A program made the translations under genes and the position numbers. From the IMG/VR virus record IMGVR_UViG_3300036761_000480, positions 1 through 61,446 of that record: a stretch of DNA of 61,446 bases; one strand, given 5' to 3'. Positions 40,027 to 50,300 of the stretch are shown here, piece after piece (within the stretch, counting starts at the first letter, position 1; each line of letters starts with the position of its first letter). The notes below the pieces were generated by a model that was given only the letters and a program-made list of their open reading frames with translations, had not been told where the DNA came from and made no database searches. This stretch comes from a virus. Taxonomy: Duplodnaviria > Caudoviricetes.

Positions 40027-40063
40027 AATTTAATTTAATTTAGTTAATAAAATTTTATGTAAT

Positions 40064-40095
40064 CAAATATAAGTAAAAAATATATAATTACCAAA
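40064..40095 (-). promoter_or_regulatory. Consensus Bacteroidota sigmaA promoter for the ssb/replication operon
   Basis: TTTG-N20-TATATTTG. Confidence 0.75.
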
Positions 40096-40123
40096 TAACA
40101 AATAAGATTTTTTGAAAATAAAT

Positions 40124-40162
40124 AAAAATCGGCTTCGGAAGATATGTTCCTCCAAAGCCGAT
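40124..40162 (-). terminator. Strong intrinsic terminator
   Basis: Minus strand ATCGGCTTTGGAGGA-ACATA-TCTTCCGAAGCCGAT-TTTT: 15-bp stem (2 GU pairs) plus U tract. Confidence 0.8.
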
Positions 40163-40221
40163 AATGTTAATTTAATATAAAGTCCAATCATTTTAAAAAA
40201 TCCGTTGCCGCGTGCGGCGTA

Positions 40222-40344
40222 TTAGAAAATAAGTTAATATAGTGAACTACCCACGAATTAGAAATCCGTGAGCTTCATGAGTCATCACTCCCACTAATGT
40301 AGGTAGTTCGTCATGATTTTCTTGTCTGTGTTCCCCAGACAAAT
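40222..40344 (-). ncRNA. Stand-alone (ORF-less) TnpB omegaRNA: scaffold 40344-40242, putative guide TATATTAACTTATTTTCTAA
   Basis: 69/73-nt identity (40272-40344 vs 26431-26503) plus identical 3'-terminal GGGTAGTTCAC with the tnpB 3' end; no tnpB ORF at this site. Confidence 0.8.
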
Positions 40345-40376
40345 TAAAGATACATAATTATTTTGAAATTTTCAAG
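40345..40376 (-). promoter_or_regulatory. Promoter immediately upstream of the stand-alone omegaRNA
   Basis: CTTG-N20-TATCTTTA (also reads TTGAAA-N17-TATCTT); same TATGTATCTTTA core as the promoter at 37409-37420. Confidence 0.65.
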
Positions 40377-40378
40377 TA

Positions 40379-41056
40379 TTAAAATGTGTTTTGATCGATA
40401 TTTGGGTTAAATGACTTCATTACATCATATTTACCATAATTTTCGACATCTCCTTTAGTAAGGACGTATTCATTTTTTCCTGTTTTTTCCATTTCGCCTC
40501 GTTTTTCGGCAAAAAAATCGTCAGGCTTTTTATTAAATGGATACGAATCCAATGATCTCATCTCAAGTTTCTCCATTGGAGTTTTTGGCTTAACCTGTTG
40601 AATTTGATCTCCTAATTGATCAATTTTTGCTAATACATTATCCATTTCACCTAATCTGGCTTCTAAATCATTCAACTTTGTAAAAACATCATCTAATTTT
40701 TGTGTGGCACCCGTATCTTGGCCTTGTGTATCATCTAGTTGTTTCTTAATACTCTTAGTCATATTAACCAAATCTGTAATATCAAGTTCTTCGGTTGTGT
40801 CGTCTGCAGACGGATCTGTATCACCCAAATCTGTACCTTTCTCTTCTGCTTCAGGTGGTAAATCTTCTGCTGGCGGTATTGCTGGGTCTGCTGGATCTGC
40901 TGGTGGTGCCGCAGCTGCTGGATCTGCTGGTGGTGCCGCAGCTGCTGGATCTGCTGGCGGTGGCGGTAACGGAGGTTCTTGTTCTGATAATAGTCTCTCA
41001 GTATATTTGTTTATAGCATTGAAACGCTTTAGTTCTTCCTGTAATAAGTTTTCCAT
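40379..41056 (-). CDS. Hypothetical acidic protein with Pro/Ala-rich repeat and coiled coil
   Basis: PPADPAAAA repeats; heptad-like LDDVFTKLNDLEARLGEMDNVLAKIDQL. Confidence 0.8.
   Translation of the reverse strand: MENLLQEELKRFNAINKYTERLLSEQEPPLPPPPADPAAAAPPADPAAAAPPADPADPAIPPAEDLPPEAEEKGTDLGDTDPSADDTTEELDITDLVNMTKSIKKQLDDTQGQDTGATQKLDDVFTKLNDLEARLGEMDNVLAKIDQLGDQIQQVKPKTPMEKLEMRSLDSYPFNKKPDDFFAEKRGEMEKTGKNEYVLTKGDVENYGKYDVMKSFNPNIDQNTF
40878..40975 (-). repeat. 27-nt tandem coding repeat (PPADPAAAA)
   Basis: gctggatctgctggtggtgccgcagct twice, plus partial copies. Confidence 0.9.
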
Positions 41057-41067
41057 ATTTTTATATA

Positions 41068-41265
41068 TTAATCTTGTAATAATTGTCTTCCGTCTTCGGT
41101 TATGTATTTTTTATTAATCCGTTCAACTAGACCATCTTTTGTTCTAATCACATAACATTCGCCAGTTGCTATATCACAAATGGTTTCTTCTGTCCCATCT
41201 TCGGAAACATCTTTGATGACTGTTTTATTCAAAAAATCTTCTATTGCTTTGTCTCTATTAGTCAT
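41068..41265 (-). CDS. Hypothetical protein (65 aa)
   Basis: ORF with TATTTAT motif upstream; CDIATGEC. Confidence 0.7.
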   Translation of the reverse strand: MTNRDKAIEDFLNKTVIKDVSEDGTEETICDIATGECYVIRTKDGLVERINKKYITEDGRQLLQD

Positions 41266-41304
41266 AATTCAATTTTTATATAAATATCTAACAATTTACT
41301 AATT

Positions 41305-44300
41305 TCATTCTGTTAATTTGAAATAAACAACATCTCCATCATTTAACTTCAATTTTAGCATTAACGATTTTGACAATCCGACACCAACACCCGATATGCC
41401 TGGCCCAACACTAATAGGTCCATTATATCTATTACCACTATTACTCATATTTGTGGTTATAATTTCGGATTTTTCAATTTTAGTGTTTGGATTTATAAAT
41501 ATTGTTTTATGAAAATGATTAATAAGATAATCTGGAGTTATTCTGCCTAAATTAAATTTAGTTACATAAAAATCTTGTGATTTACTTAGATCTTTAATAT
41601 CATTCCATATTATTGGATGTGGATTATCAATACTTGCAGGCGTTAGATTAGAAAGTATATTCATAGTAGTACCTGTGTCAATTGGATATTTAGTTCCATC
41701 CATAAGAACGGCAATTGCCCTTAACCATTGAACATTATCATTATGATGTGATATTTTTTGGATATATTTCTCGCCATCAAATCCATTATATGGTATTCCG
41801 TATTCTGTTACTCCCGCTTCTTTAATGTGCTTTTCACCACTTGGCGCCTTACTTTTATCTCCCATATCATATGTAAAGGCGCCAGCATCACTACTTATTG
41901 TCTCTTCAGTACCCGTATTACCTGTTAATTGCATTTCTTTAACTTTAACATCGGCTCTTTTTACCATTCTATCAAAAAGTGATCGATAACTAGCCAAAAA
42001 TGAATCTGTTGGATTTGGTAAAGATTGCAATGGAATTCTTGATCCTTTAAATGAGGTATCAATACCTGTTGTTCTAATAGTATGAGTTACTTCGGTAATC
42101 CAATATGATCCTTTAAATAATGGAATGTTTTTTAAATAAAAATACATTGTTGGTTGTATCATAACATTACCCATTGCCGATACTTGACATTGATATGATG
42201 ATTGTCTATATATGTCGAATAGTCCAACATCAATTTGTGCTGTGCTAGACCCACTTTCGCTTCGTCCTAATCTATCCAATACTATAAACGATTCTGATGT
42301 GTTTTTTATTGATGATTGGTCTAATTCCACTCCTTTAAAAATAGATTGATTTTGATCACCAAAACTTACTTCAAATGCAACAACTTTATTTGATTTCGAA
42401 AAATCCATTCTGGTAAAGACATCGGACGCAATAATAATAGGATTATTATTTACATCTCCAATATTAAATCCGTCATTTTTATATTTGTATTTAAAATTAA
42501 TATCAGATAATTCCAAATGTTTTGAAGTTGGCCCAATATATTGCAATATAATCTTTGGAGAAGAATCCACGTAATCAATATCAAGAAATGCCCCAAACAT
42601 ATTTTCAGCAACAGTTTTAGATGGCATTACTTTTTTCGTATTTGAATAATTTGTACCATAAAAATTAACATATGCGGGTAATACTCTTATATCAAACCCA
42701 GTATCTTGAACTAAAAGACTGACCGCACTAAATAAATTAATTTTTTCATTACCCTTGGCTGTTAATCTCATTAATTTCTCCATATCAATATAAACCGAAC
42801 TACCAATATCCCTATTCGCTTTATCCAAGAATAAAAATTCTTCCATTAATGTTTTTTGGCCTATTGAATTTCCAGATGTCCATTTATCATTGAATGATTT
42901 AAACAAGTTATATATTTCTAATTTAATAATATCGTCACTATACCCTCTTTTTTTATTTACGGCCGCTACTTTTTCGCTTTTCAAATCTATTTGTATTCTA
43001 TGTATTAATTGATCTAAAAATAATTTTAATCTTTTATCTGGACCGCTAACGCTCATTGAATCAATCTTAGTTGGCGACGGCAATGTAATATTGTCTTTTA
43101 TATATGAGACAAATCTTTCTTTTGTTGGTGAGTCTCCGTTGGCTCTCAATCCAGCATACATATAAATTAAAGGCCTAAATTGTTTTATGTTTTCTTCACT
43201 TAGTTCAATGTTGTTTGTTAAAAAGAAATCTTGATAATATCCGTCTATATCTTCACCCAAATAAAGTTTTATATTATCAGTATTGCCAGCAATTTGTGAA
43301 GAATTAAATTCACTTATGGTAGATCCAGTACTGGTAAATTGGTCTAAAATATAATTATCAACTTCTCTAGGATTGGCTAATGAAATTCTTACAAGGCTAT
43401 CAGTTGATAATATGTTAGATGTTATACTAGATAAATTAGCCGATTGTTTTTCTTTAATTTTAGTTAATAATCCATTAATATCTGTTGGATCTGTATTGTC
43501 TTTTGCCACTGAAACAATATCTCTTAATATATCTTGAAATTTTGAATATTTTACATCATACGGTTTATATGGAATTTCTTCATTAAGTCTCTCGCTTGCA
43601 AAATCCAAAAATGCCTGTTCAAACACATCCAAAATATCTGGCTTAAATGTCGCAATCAAATCAATTACTTTTCTATAATTTGTCGACAACGAATATGTAC
43701 TATTTGTTAATTTGAAATATTCATCCGATGTTGGAAATGTATATCCCGAATAGTAAACATATCCTAACGAATATTCAGTTCCGACATTCCATAAAATTCT
43801 AAAATTTTCTTGTTCGGCCTCTGCAAAATCACTTACATTTATACTATTATACCCATTACATGGTAATAATGTATATCTATTGTCTGTAGTTGTAAATTTT
43901 GATTCATCGATAAATGTCGACCATGCATATCCGCCGCTAGCTACTTGATAATATATTTTAGTTATATTACTGGAAATTGTTTGAGAATATCCAGTTGGTC
44001 CAGATATGAAATCAAAAAATGCGTAACCATTAGCTATTTGATGAAATACAGTATCATAAAATGGGTGAATTCCCACATCATTTAAATTTGATCTATCTAT
44101 TGTATCAACTCCTGGATCTGTACTACCTGTATAAACTCTATTTAGATCATTATCAAAATATAAATCTCCATCAATTGGATTAGTTATATTATTAATAATA
44201 TCGACGCTATCATTAATATATCTTTTATATCTATGATAAATTGATCCCCATTTTAACATCAAATGATATGGAATGTAATGACTCGCGCCGATTTCTCTAA

Positions 44301-47010
44301 AAATTGTTGATACTAATGTATCATTTTGAACTGGGCCAGCATATCCAAAACTTGTTAGATCATCTAAATCTTTAAATGGTAAGGAATTTAAAAATAGATA
44401 TGATGATCCAACATATTTTCCTTGTGATTGTAATCCAGTAAAATCATTATATAATTGTTTATGAAAATATGGCGTATTTAATATATGTTTATACTGATCT
44501 CCTATTTTTATTACATTATTAAATAAATTATATCTATATTCATCTTTAACCCACATATATGCGTTCATTGATGATGATATAAAATCTTCTGGAGCATTAA
44601 CTTTTAAAATCCCATTTAAATATAAATCTTTTATATTAAAACTATTATTTGTATATGATAAATAAGTTGTTGAATTAAATGGATATATTTTTGTTCTATA
44701 TGATTCAGGTTTATAATTTAGCAAAAATGCGGATAATTTTGGGTAAAGATTTTCATTTGTCGGCTTTTCCGTATTTCTTTGATATTTGTTTATACTATAA
44801 TCCTGTGCAATAACATCTTTAATATAAGGAACTGTCGGTAATTGATCTTGATAATATGGATATCTTTCAAATGTTGAGAATGCTCCCATATAGTAAAGTA
44901 GGTTACCGTAATTTGTAACATATGATTTTAATATATCCACGACATCAATATCTTCACCTATTTGATTTTGTAGATTGTCAAATTCAACATCGGCCAATTC
45001 CACCATTACATCATTACTAAATGGATTTAATGCCGTGGTATATTTTGCTCTTTCATATATTTCATATAAAATCGAACTAGGTGATTTATCGCCATATGGT
45101 AAATAACCAGATATGTTAGTTAATACCCCTATATCTTTTTTGGACATATTAATTCCTGTACCAAAAATATAATTTATATTTTCTGGATTACCTTCTTTAG
45201 TTGTTAAATTATCGGCTTTTTTCGTGGCAACCTCATAAAAGTTTTCAACGAAATCAACTTCTGGCCATAATGTTGTATTTGACGCTTGTAATTTATCTCC
45301 CATCTCTTTACCGCCAGGATATACTAAAACTAATTCTTTACCTCCAGAATTATTTGCTTTAATTTCTGGCCATGGATATATTGCATCTCCGATACTATCT
45401 GTTGATACACTTTTAAGTAATTCTTTTCTTGCTGGCGCTTGATCAAATGCTTTTTTATGCACATCTTTCATCAATCTGATATATGTCTCAGCATTAGCAA
45501 GAAGAACCCCCACAATATTTCTAATCGTAGGCTCAAATCCAATTCCGAGATCTTTGTTTCGAACAACTTCATTCATTTTTTCTTCGATATCGGTTTCCAA
45601 TTTGTTTCTTTGCTGCACAAAGTCTGTTTCAATAGCAACAATAATGTCAAGTATTCCATCAATATCAATACCATACGATCCCTTATCGAATCTGTAAAAA
45701 TTTGATATGGTTTTTAATGCATTAACCGATATAACTTTAATTTGAATGCCATCCTCTATAATCAAACTATTATCTCTCTTTACTCCGAAAGTTTGATTCT
45801 TTTCTAAATAATCAATGTAATTGTTTATTTTAAATTCAAGAGTTGCTGTTATGGTTCTTCCTGTAATATTAATTAATGTATCTTTATTTTTATCGGTCAT
45901 TTTATACCAACGTATATATTCATCAGTACCTGGTCGTTTTTCTTGTGTTGTAAAATAATCTGGTAATGGTCCAAGATATTCTCTTCGCCATCCTTCAATC
46001 ATTATTGCAAAATTTTGTATTTGTTCTTCATAATCCTTTACTCCTGCAAGAACTTTTGGATTTATAGTTTTTTCAAATATCTCCCTTTCCAATATTTTAT
46101 TTAATCTACCCGCAATAATAATAATTTCCCTAAGCGTTTTTACTGGAAAATCTTTTGGTAATAATCCTTTATTTATATATTCTTGATACACGGATTTTAA
46201 TACTCTATATCCTTTTGTTGATTTACTAACAGTTACATTATAATATCCCGTTTGTTCATTAAATTCGGTGGTATTTACATTTTCTGATATATAAAAATAT
46301 GGGGCATTTAATACGGCTTCCAATGGTATATCTGCCAAATATGCATATGTTGATCCAATAAATGTCGTTTCAACTTCAAAATTACCGCCACTTGGATTAT
46401 ATCTTGAATTAAATTTAATCTTATGCAATCTATATTTTATTGCTTTTCCATAATATCCTTTAACTGTTAAATAAAATATTGGCCAAGGTAAATGAAAGAA
46501 AGCAGCATATGGAGAATTCGCGGGGGAATCAAATAGCGTTTTCCCTCTGACATCGATGAACTTTATTACTACTTTAGGAACGAAATTTGCCCCAGCTACT
46601 TGTATTGTTATACTATCAATACCAAAACTTTGTCCTGATGTGTCATTTTGAATAAAAGTTTTATCTGTTGGATCGGTCTTCGATGATGTTGAACTTGATG
46701 ATTTTTCTCTAACGTCAGTATATGCATCCGTCCATTTGGTGTCAAAATCCCTACCATTAGGATTTTTCATAAAATTTAATGTGCCTTTAGCAATAGATAA
46801 CAATGTGTTTTCGGCATTGTTTGAAATTAAAGTAGTACGGGGAACCAGATCTGCTTCCAAATTAACATACATCACAAGATTTTCGGGTTCTACACTTCTT
46901 GGAACAGCCAAACCATTAGACACAACACTATTAGGGTCGATATAAATAAGATTATTTTGATCAACTTTTACTAATATATCATTTGCGGTTTTTAAATTAT
47001 TATTCCCCAT
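41305..47010 (-). CDS. Large baseplate hub protein (gp27/late-control-D-like C-terminal region)
   Basis: FGIDSITI..VIKFIDVRG near N-terminus; CQVSAMGNVMIQPTMYFYL..KGSYWITEVTHTI..TSFKGSR near C-terminus. Confidence 0.7.
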   Translation of the reverse strand: MGNNNLKTANDILVKVDQNNLIYIDPNSVVSNGLAVPRSVEPENLVMYVNLEADLVPRTTLISNNAENTLLSIAKGTLNFMKNPNGRDFDTKWTDAYTDVREKSSSSTSSKTDPTDKTFIQNDTSGQSFGIDSITIQVAGANFVPKVVIKFIDVRGKTLFDSPANSPYAAFFHLPWPIFYLTVKGYYGKAIKYRLHKIKFNSRYNPSGGNFEVETTFIGSTYAYLADIPLEAVLNAPYFYISENVNTTEFNEQTGYYNVTVSKSTKGYRVLKSVYQEYINKGLLPKDFPVKTLREIIIIAGRLNKILEREIFEKTINPKVLAGVKDYEEQIQNFAIMIEGWRREYLGPLPDYFTTQEKRPGTDEYIRWYKMTDKNKDTLINITGRTITATLEFKINNYIDYLEKNQTFGVKRDNSLIIEDGIQIKVISVNALKTISNFYRFDKGSYGIDIDGILDIIVAIETDFVQQRNKLETDIEEKMNEVVRNKDLGIGFEPTIRNIVGVLLANAETYIRLMKDVHKKAFDQAPARKELLKSVSTDSIGDAIYPWPEIKANNSGGKELVLVYPGGKEMGDKLQASNTTLWPEVDFVENFYEVATKKADNLTTKEGNPENINYIFGTGINMSKKDIGVLTNISGYLPYGDKSPSSILYEIYERAKYTTALNPFSNDVMVELADVEFDNLQNQIGEDIDVVDILKSYVTNYGNLLYYMGAFSTFERYPYYQDQLPTVPYIKDVIAQDYSINKYQRNTEKPTNENLYPKLSAFLLNYKPESYRTKIYPFNSTTYLSYTNNSFNIKDLYLNGILKVNAPEDFISSSMNAYMWVKDEYRYNLFNNVIKIGDQYKHILNTPYFHKQLYNDFTGLQSQGKYVGSSYLFLNSLPFKDLDDLTSFGYAGPVQNDTLVSTIFREIGASHYIPYHLMLKWGSIYHRYKRYINDSVDIINNITNPIDGDLYFDNDLNRVYTGSTDPGVDTIDRSNLNDVGIHPFYDTVFHQIANGYAFFDFISGPTGYSQTISSNITKIYYQVASGGYAWSTFIDESKFTTTDNRYTLLPCNGYNSINVSDFAEAEQENFRILWNVGTEYSLGYVYYSGYTFPTSDEYFKLTNSTYSLSTNYRKVIDLIATFKPDILDVFEQAFLDFASERLNEEIPYKPYDVKYSKFQDILRDIVSVAKDNTDPTDINGLLTKIKEKQSANLSSITSNILSTDSLVRISLANPREVDNYILDQFTSTGSTISEFNSSQIAGNTDNIKLYLGEDIDGYYQDFFLTNNIELSEENIKQFRPLIYMYAGLRANGDSPTKERFVSYIKDNITLPSPTKIDSMSVSGPDKRLKLFLDQLIHRIQIDLKSEKVAAVNKKRGYSDDIIKLEIYNLFKSFNDKWTSGNSIGQKTLMEEFLFLDKANRDIGSSVYIDMEKLMRLTAKGNEKINLFSAVSLLVQDTGFDIRVLPAYVNFYGTNYSNTKKVMPSKTVAENMFGAFLDIDYVDSSPKIILQYIGPTSKHLELSDINFKYKYKNDGFNIGDVNNNPIIIASDVFTRMDFSKSNKVVAFEVSFGDQNQSIFKGVELDQSSIKNTSESFIVLDRLGRSESGSSTAQIDVGLFDIYRQSSYQCQVSAMGNVMIQPTMYFYLKNIPLFKGSYWITEVTHTIRTTGIDTSFKGSRIPLQSLPNPTDSFLASYRSLFDRMVKRADVKVKEMQLTGNTGTEETISSDAGAFTYDMGDKSKAPSGEKHIKEAGVTEYGIPYNGFDGEKYIQKISHHNDNVQWLRAIAVLMDGTKYPIDTGTTMNILSNLTPASIDNPHPIIWNDIKDLSKSQDFYVTKFNLGRITPDYLINHFHKTIFINPNTKIEKSEIITTNMSNSGNRYNGPISVGPGISGVGVGLSKSLMLKLKLNDGDVVYFKLTE

Positions 47011-47323
47011 AATATAGTTTATACAAATCTACGGCTTTTTTGTAATCTTGTAAAGACGGAACAAGCGGAAATGGAATCCTAATTAAAAAATTATCAGGTA
47101 TTAAAAATTCAATACCCCCAAATAATGGATTTGCTTGTAATATTAGCCATCCAAATAATGGCGAATTATAATATTCCTGCGATAGTTTATCAAACCTATC
47201 TTTAGCGTGTTTATATTGAAGATACTTATCAGTTGACTTAATGGGTATCTCAAGTCCTGGAATAATTTTAAATTTTCCATCTTCAACAAAATATTGATAC
47301 CTGTCAAAATATTGATTATTCAT
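47000..47323 (-). CDS. Baseplate wedge protein, gp53/LysM-like
   Basis: DRFDKLSQEYYNSPLFGWLILQANP..IRIP. Confidence 0.8.
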   Translation of the reverse strand: MNNQYFDRYQYFVEDGKFKIIPGLEIPIKSTDKYLQYKHAKDRFDKLSQEYYNSPLFGWLILQANPLFGGIEFLIPDNFLIRIPFPLVPSLQDYKKAVDLYKLYYGE

Positions 47324-50300
47324 TATCTGAAATAATTTAATACACTTTTTGTTTTATTTCCACTAGTTCTATGTACATTTTCTAACATTGTCTTTTCTCC
47401 GTCACTAAATCCATCTGTTTCATCTCCAATGGTAAATGTAAGTTTATTATTATTTTTTCTGATTGGGTATTTTTTTATTCTGAAATTTTTCTCCTTTGGA
47501 TCGGATGCCATAAACCTATTTATTCTTTTTTCAATACTACCTATTAATTTCTCAAAAACAGGATCTTTTTTATATATATCTAAAATATCGGTTTTATACC
47601 CTTTTAATAAAACTGAAAGAAAATAAGAAAAATCATTTGCTGACATTATTGTGTTTCGACTAAATACATAACTTTCATCAAGATCTTCTGAAAATTTAGA
47701 CTGATTTTCTTTTATAAAATCTATAACATTACTATATATGTTATAAAGTTTATCATATGTAAACCCAGTTAAACTCGCCGCAATATATGTTTTATCTTTC
47801 ATGGAAATTTTACCATCATATAATGTTCCAACAATAAAATTTAATTTATCTAATGCAACAATAACTCTATTTCGATTTGCTTCAATATTTTTAACATCGG
47901 AGTTTCCTATTATTCCATCAATTATCTTACCTATAAGCTCTTTAATTTTTGGTTTTAATATTCGTTCAGATTTATCTAATTGTCCACTAGTCATTTCTTT
48001 ATTAAATTCAAAAATTATGCTGATATTTTCTGTCGTAATTTTATCTTCTAATTTTACTTGAAAATCCCTCGCTAACATTTCTAACTCATTATTTGATTTA
48101 TAGTTACCTAATAATTCAATTGTATCTGTACTACCACCACCTATCTGAACATCATATTCATTTATTATTCTATATGTGGGTGATAGTATCATAGAAGATA
48201 CTTTTGTGTCATATTCTTTTGTTATTCCAGTGTATGATGTTTGAAAGTTACTAAAATAATCTTTTGTGGATTGAAAAAGATCATCTACCAGACCATCATA
48301 TGTTAATGTTTTTATTACTGGAGGAACTGCACTAAGCATGCCTAGAATACCAATATATGTACCTTCGGTAATTTTAGTTTCTGTTGGTGGTACTTCCTGT
48401 GAATCAGGATTTGGTTTCTCTTTATAATCAGCCAACAATCCTTCCAAAAATTCTTTTGTATATTTGCTTCGATCTTCGGTCGCCGTTGATCTTGGGTCAT
48501 ACATTTCAGTATTAGCATAGAAATTAGACGATAATGCGTTTTGTAGTTGTTCAACTGGTTTTTCCAATCCATGACCACCGATGAAACTAACTTGTAGTGT
48601 AACATTAGCAATCATTGGTTGTACACCAATTCCTTCTGGATTAAGATCCCAAATATTTTGTTCAAACTCCACATTATAATCTCTTACAATAATTTTTGAA
48701 TGATAAAAATCACCTATTCTCATCACAAGAATTGGCGGAGGCCCAAATGTTGTATTTCTTGCATTTAAATCACTTTGATCTGACAATCCTTTAATTGGCA
48801 ATGTATCACCTGGCCTAACACATTGATGTAGAAATGTTAATCTCGTGTTTAATCCTTCGGGTGTCATTGAGTGAAATGCTGGATGAAAATATCTTAATTT
48901 TTCTTTTAATGACGAAAATTGTACTGGAGATTCCTCTTCAAGTTTTTTAAAATAAAAACATTCGGATAATGTCTTCATTATTATAACCTTCATCTCATCA
49001 ATTGGAGGAGTTTTATTGGCTCCAGTATCGGGACTATCAGTAACTTCAACTAATTTTGGCTTTCTTACTGGCGTCTCTACTACTGGTGTATCTGGTGATT
49101 GTAATGTGTATGCCATTTCAACTTCGGCTTCTCTACACGCAAATGCTACTGGCGCAGTTATTTTTAATTCAGGTATAATGGGTAAATTAACATCACTACA
49201 ATCTATTCCTTCAGTACTTTTTCCGCTTTCACCAGTATTATTAACATATTGAAGTGTAAATACACCATTTTGACCTTTATATCCTAAATCACTAAATGAT
49301 ACCGTTATTGGGCCTTCTTTTCTTTGGGATTCAGCAACCGAAACAGTAGATGTACCCCATATAACCTTTGCAGTACCGCCATCTCCATCTTTTGACAATT
49401 TCTTTAAAATATCTTTTATAATACTATCGCTTCTTCTATATGAAAGTTCTAAGTTATATTTTGAATCTGCGACAGGAGATGTGGATGATTTTATTGTAAC
49501 ATTTATTTCTTTTACATTTTTATTACCTAAATTATCTTTTAAATCGGCTAATTTATTATTAAAATTCGAGTATTCAGTTATTAATCTATTAAATCCATCG
49601 TTTGCTTTTTTATTAATTTCTGTAACCAATGTGCTATAAGCTAATGGATCATCTATTGTTGGTTTGTTTGGCGAGTCAACGCTAGTCAAAATTTTATAAT
49701 CGGTTCTTTTATTGGGCGTCCATCCGTCATTTGTTAATGTTGTTAAACCAGTATTTAAATTATCAAGATATTGATCTTTTGAATATATATATGAATCATA
49801 TAATTTTTGATAATCATCACTAGAATATAAACTATGACTATTACCGTCAGGTACATCATTATGAAATTTTAAAACTGTGGAAAAACTTGATGCCATTGGA
49901 GCATTTGTTGGAACAACAGGATCTGGCATAGGATCAAATATTGGTATATATCTTTTAACTGTCTCAGGGTCTTTATTTTGATTTAAATATGCCCTAATTG
50001 CCTCAACATCAACAGGAGTTAATGTTGTATATTTTCTTATTAATCCATAAAAATCAACATCTATACATCCAGCAAAGAATGCGTTTATATAGTTATCGGA
50101 TTCTTCATCTGACATATTTTTAAAATGATTCTTTACCAAGAGATTTAAAATACTTGGATGATCGACAATAACTTTAAACGATATTGTTCCACTTCTAGAC
50201 GTATTTTGGTATGTATAAACTGGCTCGGGTCTTCCTAAAAAAATATTTTCTTCCCATTTGGCTGAATTTTGTTCTGTAACTTTTAAATCATATGGAGGAA

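Noticed and set aside
20440-40180. In-window targets of the stand-alone guide (10-11-nt matches near 20442 and 20909; 11/12 match at 40168-40179)
   Set aside because: Short, nearly all-AT matches with no shared adjacent motif, expected by chance; my scan was by eye and not exhaustive.
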